DNA of 64,000 bases from Tubiluchus corallicola (lineage: Eukaryota; Animalia; Priapulida): contig JAQGDQ010000024.1 in NCBI GenBank assembly GCA_030141605.1, forward strand, positions 930,001 through 994,000, given 5' to 3'. The notes beneath the pieces are model-generated. The model had not been told where the DNA came from, ran no database searches, and saw only the letters and a list, made by a program, of their open reading frames with translations. Positions 41,801 through 56,800 of this stretch are shown in pieces (the stretch's first letter is position 1; every line of letters begins with the position of its first letter). The position numbers and the translations under genes were made by a program.

Positions 41801-44800
41801 TAAAAACAAGATGTGCTAAAAAATGGTGAATCAGAATCCGAAAAGTGATCTGTCGTCAGACATGCTACTTTAATTTTCCATTGGCCTTGAATGTTGCCGT
41901 GTTGGGCTTGGCCTTGAATGATCCAGCCTTACCTCCACCTTTTTCAAATATGTAATAATGAACTCACTGTTGAGGATTGCAATCCGAAAACATAGCACTC
42001 AAGTGCCACGTTATCACCACTATCTACCACCTTGTTTCCAGTTATTTCCACAATTTCCGGGCTGTTGTCACCAGGTGCTGCAACCATACCTGTACAAACC
42101 AAACCGAGAACAAAACTTTAAAGCTCGCAGAATTTTTCAGTAATTATGATTTCTACTCTATATTTAGTTGAAATTCTGCCACAATCGCATTAAGGCACTT
42201 GCAAAGCAACTGAAGACATACCTGCAATTGACACTGCGACAGTTTTGGAATCAGGCCTGCGGGTTTGGACAATGCAAGTGTAACGTCCTAAATCTGGATC
42301 TTCAATTCTTGAAATTGTCAAAGTGAATTTATCCTCTTCATTATCTGTAGTCTTTCTAATGCGAACTCTTCTATCTGTAGTCATTTTCCTTGTTCCCCTT
42401 GACAATAGTGTGCTGCCTTTCTTCCATTCCACCTAAAAAAATAATTTACAACTCTGTAAGTTATTTCATTACTAGTCTTGAAGTCTTGAACAATATACTT
42501 CTAAAAGTCTTTGACGACATACTAGAAGTTTTGGGGTGCACATTGTTAGTATACACGCTGAGAAAACCTAATACTAGTTAGAAAATAATAAAAGTGACAC
42601 AAAAGTTATGTGACCACAACCAGACAATCTATTCCCACCTACCAAACGCACATAAAATCAAGCAAAAATCATCACCTAGCGCCCTGCTAACTGCATTTGT
42701 TAAACTACAGTATCAAGATCACATAAAGCATAACAAAATCACCGTAATTCTTATGAATCCAACAAATTTCCACAACAAAACCAGAGAGTACCAAATGGCA
42801 GAAATTATTATTGTAGACTATTGCAACACAGATGAGCAGTCTAATAATTAAGTTCAATCTAGGGAAAATCTGTAAAATTGACCTAGGCCTGGACAATCTT
42901 AGTCACCCAAGCATTATGAATTTGCCAAGCAAGGTGTGGCATTTACCATTATAGTTTTTGAATTTGTCCAGTACATCTTGTTGAACATTATCATTTAATT
43001 TTATTTTTGTTACTTTAACTACTTCCTTTTGCTTAAATTGAGAAAAAATATATTAACACATTGGCAAAGCCGATCAGCTAAAAAGTAATAAGTATAACAC
43101 TTAATTAGCAATAGGCGGTTGCTCAGTGCACACTTACTCTTTCTTCACCAAGATTACTGACAAAGCACTCCAAAGTCAAAGTGTCTCCGAGATTGACTTT
43201 CTGATCCTGACTAATTTCCACAATTTCAGGATCACCAGTATCTGATCAGAGAAAAAACTAGCATAAACATATTAGAAATTTACTAGTAACAGCATCTAAC
43301 TATATTTAACTATACCAAATGGCAAGTAAAAACATTTTGTACACAAATGACATTAAACTAAAAATAGTCAAAAGAGCATGAAAATTCCACATCCTGAGAT
43401 GTTACTGAGCTTTTCCAACTTGGCAATGATAAGGTCATCAACATGCAAAAGAGATCCACAAAATAATCAATGACTTAATGACACATGAGTGACACAACTA
43501 AATTACCTCTCAGTTCTGAACTGCAGCACACTTAATACCCACCCACTTAATAATAATAACGATAATGTTTATTGATTTTAACAGTACCATACTATCTATT
43601 TTCAGTGCTTATTTCAGTTTTCAGTACGTTTATTTTTATATCCGTTATTATTTATTGTGACTTTATATGCTTACCCACTTCTGATAGTTTTTGTTTTGTT
43701 TCTCAATCTGTTTTGCTTATGTCTTGTTTTGTTTTTTCTTTTATTTTTGCATATTGCTTTGTCACTTAAAACTAGTTTGATTCATTTTTTGTTATCACGT
43801 TTTCATTACTATATTTTTCAGTTTGTCAGGATTTTCTTTGTTTTATCCCAGCTTAAATAGTTCCTAGATTTTCTTGTATTAACTTCAACTAAAAAGGTGG
43901 TTGATTTGTTAACCTCTAGGGTTTTTCCACTAACCTTTCTCTAACATCTAATAGCTTATTTTGCTATTTACTTGATTTTTCCATGTGTTACAAGAGATAA
44001 ATAAATTTATCTGAATCTGAATCTCAATACTATTTACATTATAAAAAAAATCATATAAGAAAAACAGAAATAAGAAAAATACATTAGCTTACAAAAAAGC
44101 ACAATGAGAAGCAACACAAGACAATGGTAAAAAAGCTGCAGAAGTAGGTAAAAAATTGATAAAAAATGAATCATTTTGTGCATTCCATTAAAATTCACAC
44201 GTCTTTGATTTTAAATTTTAAAATTTTCCATACACTATTCACAGTGCTACCTGTCGTTACGTATTGCTCCTTCCTTTAAACAGGTTATGTCATCTCACAC
44301 AATAAAATTTGAAAAACATCGTAAAAACAGTTTGTGCTTTGAAATCTGAAGAGATAATGTTGATATTTGGGTTTACAAATTAACAAAGTTATGTGATTAC
44401 ATGTACATTAGCACTGCTCTTCAGGTGTGCACTTTTCTTCCTGGGTTCTGTTTTGCCGAGTTTTTTGTTTAATTAAAGCTAACTGACCCATATGTACTGC
44501 TTAATATACATAGTTTTGCCTATGGTGTGTAAAGTATTTTAATTTTATTCATTTTTGATGTATTGCAAGCAGAAGGTGCCTAATATTTCTTTTTAAGAGT
44601 TAATAAAGTATTAATCTACTCCAACCAAATCCATGTCAGTTTTACAAATTCAGTAATTTCACGTAACAATTAACCAGTATTTAAACTGTTATATTTAAAA
44701 ATTCAGATAAGACAAAAAAACAACAAAACAAAATTTATCAAACACACTGGCTTCTAACTTCTGTGAATTGATTAGATTTATGAAATTAGATATATCAAAA

Positions 44801-47800
44801 CTGATCTATGGAATTCTCTACTGGAAGACGTTATACGACTACAAACGATCGATGGTTTCAAAAATGCTCTAGACAAATATTTGTGCACTAGAGGTCTCCT
44901 ATATTAATAACATAAAGGTATGATTGGAAGCACAGCATGTTTTTGTAAATATCTAAATATCTAAATTTCTATGATGGGCACAATGAATCCTGTAAAATTT
45001 ATGTTCAGATAACTGATTTATTGCATGACTAATCTTGCAAGGTGCTCGCTGTTATGGTAATCACTTAGGGTAAGCACATTAACATGAAATAGTATCATCT
45101 ACCATGATAACTGCAAAAACTTTACCTGACAATCGCTCTTGGACAGCTAAACTTTTCCTTGGAGCATCTATAATAATAAATCCCAAATTAATGCATTTTT
45201 GACAAGCAATTTAACACAGTTTTAAACATGATAAAACATTTAAATTTTAAAAATATAATAAACTGCTTCAACTTGTGCTACAAAACAAATATCTAATACA
45301 ACTAACAAAACTTGCGGTGATTGACATAAACACATCGGTATCTTTTGAAAACTGACAAAAATGGGAGGAAACGACAAAAATCTACTTACACAAACTATAG
45401 ATGCCGTTCATATTATTCTAGAAATGCTTAGCAACAAAAAGTTGACATTGATATCATATTATTATTGTTGCTGTAGTTGTTGTTGTTGTTGTGGTTATCA
45501 TTGTTGTTATTATCATCAATTATTATTATCAATTTATCATGCTGGATAAATATGTGTCCATTTGGTGGACAAGCAGTCCAGCAAATTCTGGCCAAAAAAA
45601 CAATAAACAACAGTAACCTAGCAAAAAAATTCCCATGAATTTCAAAAATTCACTATCAAACTAAAAGGAATTATAAATGTGAGAATAGTTATTCACACTG
45701 ATTTGTAACAAAGTTACAAAAAAAAAACTGAAAAATTGAAAACCATACCAACATTTCACGCTGATACAATAAACTAGGTTTCATGTTATGTACTAAAATA
45801 TTTGCTGAACTTTGCCTGACATTGCACAACTTATTTATGGAACAGCAGCTAAAATTTATACATAAAATTTTGTTTTACGTTACCTGTGATGCCCAGGTAC
45901 ATGTCTTGAGAAACAGGTGAATCGTTAGTTGTTTCACAGGTATAAATCCCTTCATCGAACTTAGTGGCACCATCTATAATTAAGGTGAACAAATCGCTCA
46001 GTCGGCCTCTTACAATTTCAACATAGATTCGGTCATCATCAACTTCTTTCTTTATGCCAGTACTGAGAACTGTTGTTACTCCATCAGCAGTTCTTTTCCA
46101 AGACACCTACAAGTGTATTAACAACAATGTTTACAAGATAAAAAGACTAGTACATAATTAAGAATAGCTGACTTAAAAGGTAGGTGTATGAATCAATACT
46201 TGTTAATTTCCATATGGCTCTAAATCACATGCTTCTGGAGTTGCAATCTGCATCAAATTGCCTATAAAAATAACACTCTACATCTGCACAGATATGAAAG
46301 TACTCCGTTCAATAAAAATCCATATTAGTTTATGGCATGCTTGGGCCTCCATATGATTTCAACAGTTAGACAATTTAAAGCTTTTTTGGAACCAAACAAA
46401 CACTGCAAAGTTCACTTAACCGCGAATGGCAGTTCTTTACACCTTAGCAAACTATTCATTTGCTAACTCTGTTCATGTAATCTGCATCTGATGCTTTACA
46501 TTTGGCTAATATTCATTTATTCATAGTTGTGCAATCACAACTATTTCTTCACCAACAAACAAGCAGTAACCACAGGCACGTATCACAGATGAGTAAAACA
46601 CAGAGAGTATTCTACAATTTATGTTAAGCTGTGTTTTAAGCTTCTTTAAGCAATACAATCAAAACAAAAGAATGGAAACTAAATAATCTACATGTCTAGT
46701 CCATTTAAACATATTATATTGAATAACATGTACTTATGAAAATAAGCTCAGAAAATCTGTATGCTTAAATACAGCACTTGTAATTCAAACTTCAATAGTG
46801 CACACATTGCTTGCTCTTAGTTTGAGAAAACCAATGTCACATTAGGGACGACCAGTCACAAATTTGATTTCTGTAATAAAGCAGGATCAGATGACATATT
46901 CCACGCAACAATCATTTGTGCCCAAGTATGACAAGCAGAAAATATGCTAATCAATGCCTTAAGGTATTTCACAACATTTAAAATAAAATTTACAATGTAG
47001 AAGTTAGAGTTAAGAAAAATGTTCACATGAATATCAATTTAATAAATGTAGCATTTTTGTAAAAAATTTTTACTACAAGTAATGCAAGCACACTCACAGT
47101 TCCAGAAGAAAGGTTAGAAACTGCGCAATCCAATTCTACACTGTCACCGATGTCAGCATCAACATTTGGGCTATGGTCTACTATCGCTGGTCTATCATTC
47201 GTCAACGAGTCTTCACGAAATTAAAAAGAATGTCACATTTATAATTATATTATTGTAGCAGCAGATTCACTAAATGACACAAAAATGACAAAGGACCATA
47301 CAAGTCTTTCGCACTACATTTAATTCATAATTCACCCACTCAGTGCCTAGAGTACTTGGACATAAAAATTCAATAAATCTGCTTAATTCTAATAAAAGCA
47401 GGCATAGGTAACACGTAGTTGTTATGTTGTGCTATGGCACACATATTACAAACATAGAGTCCGGTACTCTGAAATGTCAATAAAACTATGTATTGTAATT
47501 TTATATTATACTAAATTTTAATTTAATTTTTTAATTTGTTACCAAATTCGGTAATTTTAAAATAACTGTCAGTATAATTAATTTCATTACTAAATAAGCT
47601 AAAATAATACTAATACAAAAAATCTACATTCTGCAATCAAGAAGCTGCTAAGGTACAACAAACAACGGTGTAGCGAAAAAAGTTTACCTGTTATACTGAT
47701 TTTTACTACAGCCACATCTGGACGCCCATGTGAAGTTTTGCATTTATACGATCCAGAATCATCGGGTTGAATATCGTTAATTGTCAAAACGCTTATAGTT

Positions 47801-50800
47801 TGGTCTACGAAACGTTCCTTTTGTGCACTAAATCGCTTATCCTTGGTTATCCTTGTTGTACCTGCTGTCAATTTTATATCGCTGTTGTCAGATTGTTTAT
47901 ACCATTCAAGCTGAAAAAATAAAACAAATAAATATTAAAACTTGAAAAAAGCACCGCATTAAAACAGTTCATACAGAGGTATATAGCTTAAAAAGCTTAA
48001 ATCGTTGGTGACTGAAAGCTTAACTTAATGCTGGAAAAAGTAATTTTTGACACAATCTTCCTTGTCACACAAAAGGGCAAAGTTGTAACTTACATCATAT
48101 CCAGCTAGATCTGTGGCAAAACACTCCAAATGTACAGACTCTCCAACTTCCGCATTCAAATTGTTTGTGATGTCAACAATCTCAGGATCCTTATCATTAC
48201 CTGTACAGTAATTCAAGCTAATAATTTATAAAAAAACTGAAACTAAATTATCCTAATAAAGACATCAACTATGTCAAAATAACATTTTATTAAATTACTC
48301 TAAAACACTTACATTTTGATGAATACTTTAATTATAAAAATAATACTTTATTAAAGCACTTTTATTAAATGCTGAATTTCTAATGAATAATTTAATTAAC
48401 AGTTATTTTAACTTAGTTGATGTCTTTATTATGATGGTGCCTTGATGATGTCTGTGACATATGAGTAAATTAAATTAAACAGGGCAGACTTGAATCAAAT
48501 TAACTCAAATTAAATAAACAACGTTAAGAATTTAAATCGTACATATTAATTCTACTGGTATGGGCATAATATATATATATATATATATGTAAGATTCGGG
48601 GCTACAGCTCTGACGACGGCACCATTTGTGGCGATCTACAATATCAAACGAAAGGTCTCGATCTAGTGTCGTGCCATTGGCGGTTTATTTTTCGAATCGG
48701 GCCCACCGCGAGGAACCGGGGGCGAAATACCTCCAAAATGGCCATTTTTTGGACGTTTTTTGCAAAACTTATACGTCTGAGATCCGAAGAACAGGAATGG
48801 GCCATGGGTGGTGCTTTATAAATATTACGATCAAATTCCAAATAGTCATCCTTGCTAAAGTTAGTTGTCAAGGCTAGGACATGTGCAAAATAGTACAGCG
48901 TGTTCTGGGGAGGTCACAAAATGGGAGAGAGAGAGAGCTCATTGAGCAAAACAGGTAACTAAAAAGGGAGCAACAATACAACTAAGAAATCTGCACTCTT
49001 ATATTTTTCAATAAAATTCATATGTGTGCTTACAAACCAACACCGTCCATAAGTCGGCATAGGTAAAACTACATTATGATGCTTCAAAGTAGAGAACACC
49101 AAAAATTTGGTCAAATGTCAATATTTTGTTTTTTTATAAAAACAAATGCTAAATATATTAGATTTTTATATTCTAGCATCAAATTATCAAGTAAGTGTTC
49201 AACGAATTCTAAACGTTTAATATTATAGTGCCATACTCACTTCTCTGCCTAGAAATTATTACTGCAATTGTAAAGACATTGTATTTTCAAACTCTGATAG
49301 CAGCTCGTAGATATAGTCATTTTGTTTGGGTTTTTTCTGCTGCCAAGCCCAGATCTTCGTCTGGCAGAGCCATCTACTGGATTTAAACATAACTTCAATG
49401 TGTTCTTGCGAAGTATGCAGCAACCAACATTTTATATGCTTTCTGATTGTTTTGCAGAAATGCAACAAAAAACAAAGGCTGACTTTATTGCCGATTTTCT
49501 TAAGGTTATGTGCACTTCAATATCTCAGGTTAGAAATAACATAGAGTGATGAGCTTGGTATCAGAATCATCCTCATGAAATTGAGATTTGGGATATGTGA
49601 GTACCCAGAAAAGCTTAACAGCCGACTTATGGAAGATTTTGCTATGCAAGCACAAATATCACAAGCTGTTGAGTTTTGCTCACAAATATAATATAAAAAA
49701 TTAGAAGAATATATAATTACCTCCTATGACAACTAGGCTAGTACTTGCCAAAGCTGGATCGGCACTGTTGGTGGAACAAATGTAGGTACCTGCGTCAGTA
49801 TTCACTACACTCTCTATGCTTAGTCTGTACCGTCTGCCAGTGCTCACCTCACGATCACTGACCACAATTCTGTCATCATCTAGCAGTGTTTCACTACCTC
49901 GAGTCAACACAGAAAATGAATTATCGAATTTTTTTAGCCATTCAACCTGAAAATGAAATTCGATTCAAATATAAAAACAAGTTCAACTTAAACAAAAAAC
50001 TATGACTTATTTTTTAAACTCAGTTATTATAAAGAAAAACAGATTCAGAAACTATTACCACAATGCCATCCTTTAGACCATCCACAATGCATTCTAGAGT
50101 AACGTAGCCACCAAATCGGGCAGTCTTATCATCGCTAATAGTAACTATTCTCTCATCTTTCTCAAAATTGTCAGAAATTGCTGAAAAAAGTTAGAGATGG
50201 CAATATAGATAAACAGTTGCCTTTTTTCATATTTATAAATATATTAAATTCAATCAATAAAGTCATGAACAGTTTTTTTACACATAATACTGATGTCATT
50301 TTAACCGCAAATATTTTTTGCACATTGGGAATATATACTTACTAACCCTTTTTTTACATATTTAACTTACTAGTCCTCTATTCTCTGAGTAAATATTTAT
50401 TTTATTTGTCTTGTAGTAATACTTTAAATTGTTTTTAACTAACCTAAGTTTATTATTCTATGGTACTTTTTATGTACTATAAGTTGTTTACAAAATAAAT
50501 GTAAAATAATAAATAATAATAATTTAGGACTCTTATTTGGTTCCATAATGAAAATGATTTCATAGCACCAAAGAATTACTAAACTATGCTCTTCCTAAAA
50601 CTGAAATTGGGGTTTTGTTGCATGAAAAGTGCCTAATTCAGAATGTTTGATTAAAAAGAAAAAATTATCAGAATGCAAGCATCATTTTGCTTAACGTATA
50701 GTAAAAACGTGTTTTCTTTTTTAACAAAATGAAACCAAACTAATTAATCAAGGTTATTTGCAATGACTAAGAGTGACCTTACTACAGACAACCTCATTTC

Positions 50801-53800
50801 CAAATTTTCGACTAAAAAATCTGATTAACTAGCAGAAGAAACTAACCTGAACATCTTGTCTTTAAAATCACACATCTTACACAATACCAAGAAATCACCA
50901 ACTAATCCTCACATATTACTAATTGCACTATGAGATATTACTGTAGCACTTTTAAAGCCATAAGTTCTATGTAAAAAGATTAAAAAATTGCTGCTTCATG
51001 CAGCTGGTGCAGTCTAATGAAAATATGACTGAAAATAGACATCCACTGAACTATTTAAACATTGGCTGGGTTCTTATTTAATATTTTAAAATGTATACGG
51101 AACTTAATGTACCTTTAGCAGTCAGGGTAACCTCTTTCGATACTGAATCTGGACCTGTAGTAGCACAAACGTAGATACCTTCATCTGATTTCCGACTCTT
51201 GAATATCATCATTATGAAAAACTAAAAACAAAACTTATCTCTTTACCAAAAATAGATGATAATGAAGTACAACTGGCAAAAAACAGTCTTATTCATCATC
51301 AAAAAGGAGTGGTAACTAAACATAATAAAACAAAAATTGAAGCCCTACAACATCTACAGTCTGCATAGGCCAAAAAACACAATCTTCAATTTAAATTTAT
51401 CACAAGCTTGTCAGTTAGAAATGTCCTGTCAAAGTTTGACATGGTTAGTTACACTTAATTGATTTCTTACCTTCGTACCATCTCTAAACGTTTCCTCCAC
51501 TACACTAATTCGCGGATCCCTTGTTACCGTTTTTGCTCCACTCGTCAGTTGAATTAATCTGCCACTTGATCTTTTTTTGCTCCATCCAGCCTATAAAAAC
51601 ATGAGATAAATTTGAAACAACTTGAAGTAAAGTGATGCAATGCTTCAAAACTGAATTTGTTAATGTTTGCAAGAGATGATCCAGTACAATTATTGCTTAC
51701 TGTTTCATCTTCGTCAAGCCCTCTTACAAGACATTCGAGATGAATTTCGTTGTTAATTCTAAAATTACCACTTGATGTGACTTCTGTGATTGTTGCTGAT
51801 TCATCAAGTTCTTTCCCTAATTAAAAATAGCAAACACATGACAGAAAATTTATGTGTGCATCAAATCAAGAATAAAATGGATACATACAAAAATAATAAA
51901 AACAAAAAATATTATTATTATAATAATAATTATTATTATCATTATCGTTATTGTTATTACATAAAATTTCTATGGAGCTAAAGTTATTATTTCCATATTC
52001 ATTAGCACGGCACATAACATAATCACAACAATGAAATCACACATTCCATAGCACGCATTTCCAATACATGCTGCACACAACTATATAAGAAAAATTTGAT
52101 CAACAAAACATTAGATCTTTACAACTTGAGCTTATTTACAAAATCTCTTGTTAAAGCTGTCAATAGCACTATCTAAATAGGTAACTATTATGCTGACACC
52201 TGACTTACCGCCAATGCAAACATAATAGAACTCCGCATACTTAAGAACATTCGAACACATATTTATTCCCATAGCTTTACGTATCACGCGTAAACTACAT
52301 TCTTCTTTGCCATTACAACTTGCTTTGATACTGTTCAAATTCTTAGCAGGTATGGATTCAAAACCACAAGCGCGACCAGAATTCCGTCCACGACAAATGC
52401 TTCGTGTGTTGGCAGGGCGACCAAATTTTACATCATTTATCTGCACAGAACCAGAAGAGCAAGCAATAGTGGCTATCTTTCGTTCGCATGCACGAGCTGT
52501 AAATTCCTGGGTAGCCGATAGTGCCATTATCGAAAAATCTGCCAGTATAAAATAACATGCATGCAATGATTTTATGAAAAATGCTTATTACACAAATACC
52601 ACTAGTAAATCAGTGACAACCACCTCAAAAATTATGCACTAATAAACATACAAAGGTTTTAATGACAACGACATGACAAATAATGCACCTAAATTGTTTT
52701 GGTGACAGTCATGCTCAATTTGTTAAACAGTAACTACTACATTTAAAAGACAGAAAAAAATTAAACATGCTGCTAAACCAGAAAGTTCTTTTAAATTAAC
52801 CTTCACCAGTCAACACGTAAAACCTGACCTTCACCAAATTACATTCTATAATAAAACTACTTTTAGATTTTAAAATACAGTTGAAAACCACAAAGAATAT
52901 TAACCATACCATCAAGTGCTAAATCTGTAGAAGGATTCCTACGACCTAAAATAAAATATGTGTAATTAAATCAATATATCTGATATAAACTAAGCTATAT
53001 AATAGTGAATAAAAGTTTTAACAAGTCACTGACAGTAGATAAAAATATAGGTATATATTTATACAGTTATTTATCAGTAACAAATGTATAAAGCTGCTAT
53101 GCAAGGTTGCTGTAGAAAGCATTAAATACTACGAAAGTCACTTCAGGTAACTTTAAAAACCAGATGAAAGTTAAAACGTTAGAAATTGTGCAATTTCTTC
53201 TAGTGGAAGTAAATAACATGGAAAACTGAAACAAGGTTACCTTTCACTGTAACTGCTACAGTTTTGTTTGGTGCATTTTTGCCAGATGTTGAACACTCAT
53301 AGACTCCAGTGTCAGAGAACCTGGTTGGATTTATTAAAAGGTCAAAAATCTGCTCTTCTCTGTAATTATTTCTACCCACTTTTAAACGACCATTGTCGTG
53401 CAGCAAGATGTCATCTTTTGATAACAAGATGTGCTTTTCTCCACTAACCAAACTCCAGGTAACCTGAGCAAGTAGAGATTAAAAGTAATGTGCAAATTGC
53501 GTCTTACACATAAACAACGCTATTCAATAACCATAGTGTTCATGAAGAGCCAACAGCTTATATCTAACTGTTGTACGTACAAAAGGAGAACTTAGGGTAG
53601 TATGATTCAACCCAGTGGCGTCTTTAGGGGTGCGAACTGCACCGGGTGACACAATCCTAGGGTGACCATTAATATAAGTGTATTTTTTGTGATCCACAAC
53701 AGGACAGTCAAGGCTATCTGATCTTGCAGTTTTATCAGTTGAAAGTGACTTGCAAAAGTAAATGATTTTGATGAAGAAATTGACAAGTTCGCAATGTCCA

Positions 53801-56800
53801 GGAAAGGAAAGTTCTGATTGTTGTAATTAGTAAATACACAATTGTTTATGTTTTAAAGCCAGTTTCTTTTGATATTTCAATTAAGAAGAATATTTCCACA
53901 TGTTAAAAAGTATTGCTTCAATGTTTAAATATCATGTTAAATAAAAATTAAAAATTAAAAATATTAAAAGTTTCATTTTAAAATAAACATTGTCAATGTA
54001 CTAACGCATTCTTAACACTTTAACTCAGTAGGATGGAAAACAAAATGATGTTGTCTAGATGATGTTTCTCTTAATAGCCATGTATCAAGTGCTAGCTACG
54101 TACATAAGATACTACTAAAAGATTTTGTATGATACAGCATATAAGCTCAATGCATTTGTGACACAAAGAATACGACACTGGATGACACCATCCCTAGCGA
54201 TGCCCCTGACGGAACCTAACCTCATGAGCAGGTTTCTATTTCTATAAGTTACAAGTTATATTACTAAATAAGTGCACACATCATCAAGCATTACCAAGTT
54301 TAGTTGTATTAGTATCGTTTCTTAAATTAAGCCTAGAACAAAAACAGCCTACTATCACTGAATTACAGACTGCAGAAATATTGCATTTGTTCGTTGAAGC
54401 ACTTCTGCTGCCTGGAAAAAAATTGTTAAGGTACAACATTGGAACTGAGATGAAAAACACAATTGGATGTGATTTAAAGTTTTAAATAGTAATCTCACGA
54501 GAGCTAGGAACAGACACGCAAAACATCAGTTCACAGCAAAGAATTTAGTAAACACTCAGATATCTTAGTATCCGAAAATATAACAGCTGACGATAAAAAA
54601 GACAAAACAAAATGCTACGAAATAAAGAGTCGCAGGAAATTTTGCAATCCAGTAAAAGTCTAGAAGATGAAAATACATTAACTGTCACGTTTTAAGGCAC
54701 GAATGAAGGCCTAAGATCATGCCAAAATACGTAGAAAGCTACATACATAAACCACCACAAAATAAAGCAAAAATACACTACCGATTCTCCTTCAGACAAA
54801 CCAATAACAAAGCACTCGAGTAAGGTTCTTTGACCAGGCATGACAGTCCGATCTGCTGATATATCAATGACTTCAGCCTTACTGTCACCTCTATCAGATG
54901 CTCTGTCATTCTGAAAATCATCTGAAGCAAAAAAAATTTAATAAGTAATCAAGTGTGAATGTAGTGATTAATGAATTTTACAAATCATCATCACCACAAT
55001 CACAAACAAACCATAAGACCTATGAAGAATAGCAAACTTTTGTTGTTAATTCTGCTACAACAACTAGAACAGTTGGACAAAATTATTCAAAAAAATACAC
55101 TGAACTTCGTAGGATTGTCATTTATAATTATAAAAAAAGCATAAACTTAAAAATTTATCGGACACAAACTAAGAAATCATAAGTTCTGGCAAATTTAGAC
55201 CAAAAACACGATTATAAACTTTATCAATACAGCACAAAATACACAACAACGTATGACTGCGTGCTTTATTTACCTACTACTAAAATAGCTTTTTTTTACA
55301 ATTAGTTGCTCAAATAAATAAAAAGAAAATAAGTCTGTTAGAGCAAAAAGTGCATTCAAAATACTATAAGTTAGTGACAAAATGTAAAATCAATGAAATA
55401 CACTAGCTAAAAGGAAAAGATTTAGCTAAGACGTATTTAGTTAGGAAGAAGCTATACTAATAAGTGCTCTGAAAATGTGATTTATTCTAGTGCTAGTGAA
55501 GTGCTACATGAGAAACACACACAAAAAAGTGTGTTAGTGAGTAGAATTGTTCATGCAAGTGTAGAAAAACAAAGTGTTTTGGTGCCATTAGTTTGCAGCC
55601 CAGATATCCTGGAGCAAAACTTACTTTGCAGCTCTGAGTTAAATCTAAACCTTCTGTCTTTTAGTAGCAAACCGGGAGGAGCTGGTTCAATCACTGTAAC
55701 ATGACCAGTTAACTAATTTTCATGCAAATGATCCATTTCAATAAGAAAAATAATTACATAAATAACAAATGCACCAGAATTAGGTGGCCACAACAAACAG
55801 GCATATTCTCCCTCTCCCTCTCCCTCTCTCTCTCTCATAATTAAGCTCTACAACAAGCAGCAGAACTACAGAGCTTAACATTTAACATCATATATAGATA
55901 ACATATACAGTTAAGAATCATGTATGTCTATAAGACCAGTTGAAATGAATTGACACAAATGACAAGTTGCCATTGCAAGTGGCTGCAAAAGCAATAGGAA
56001 CAAAGTAAAGACCTTGACAGAGAAAGATGACAGTATCTAACAGTATGTCAAAAAACCAAACATAAACATGGTAGGTTTATGTTACCAGCAGCTTTTTAAA
56101 AAACAACAACAAAAACGTAAAGTTTTAGTGCTTTCATGTAAAAGTCGTCATTAAAGAAAGAACTACTTGCAGCAGGATCATAAATTTGTTGTTAAAAAAC
56201 ATTTGTCATTAAGAAGGAAATGGTCAACAAATTTTTTGCTAAACTTTTTGCTAATTTTTTAGTTTTATTAGGAGAGAATTCACTTATGAGGCAAGAAGAA
56301 AATACACGTTTAACTCTTACCTTGTGTCTTTTTGTCATCTATAAAAAACAAATTTCAAATAAAAATTTTTTGTCAGTGGTCACTTATAACAAAGCAAACA
56401 GCAAAGCACATTTTGTCCATAAACTAGAAAGTTCAAGCATTCAATCATCATCATCATCATCATCATCATACACCTATTGTAGACATTGGGCAGGCAGAAT
56501 TCTAAAATAAAAGAAATCTGCCTTCAGACAGGTAAACGCAGCAGTAATCCAGCAAAAAAACTAGACACTGCTACGCCAGTGGCTTGTCAGCACCACTTCC
56601 GATGACTTAACATTAATAAAACATTAATGTTAGCGAAACATTCAATAGTTGATGCGTGAATAAAAAATGCACAACTGTATGTACAACAAACAAATCATAG
56701 TTACATGCAACCTCATTAAACTAGCACTTGGAAAAAAATAACGAACAGCTAAGACATTATTTAAAAATAACAAAGCCAATAGAAAATGCACCTTTTACAG

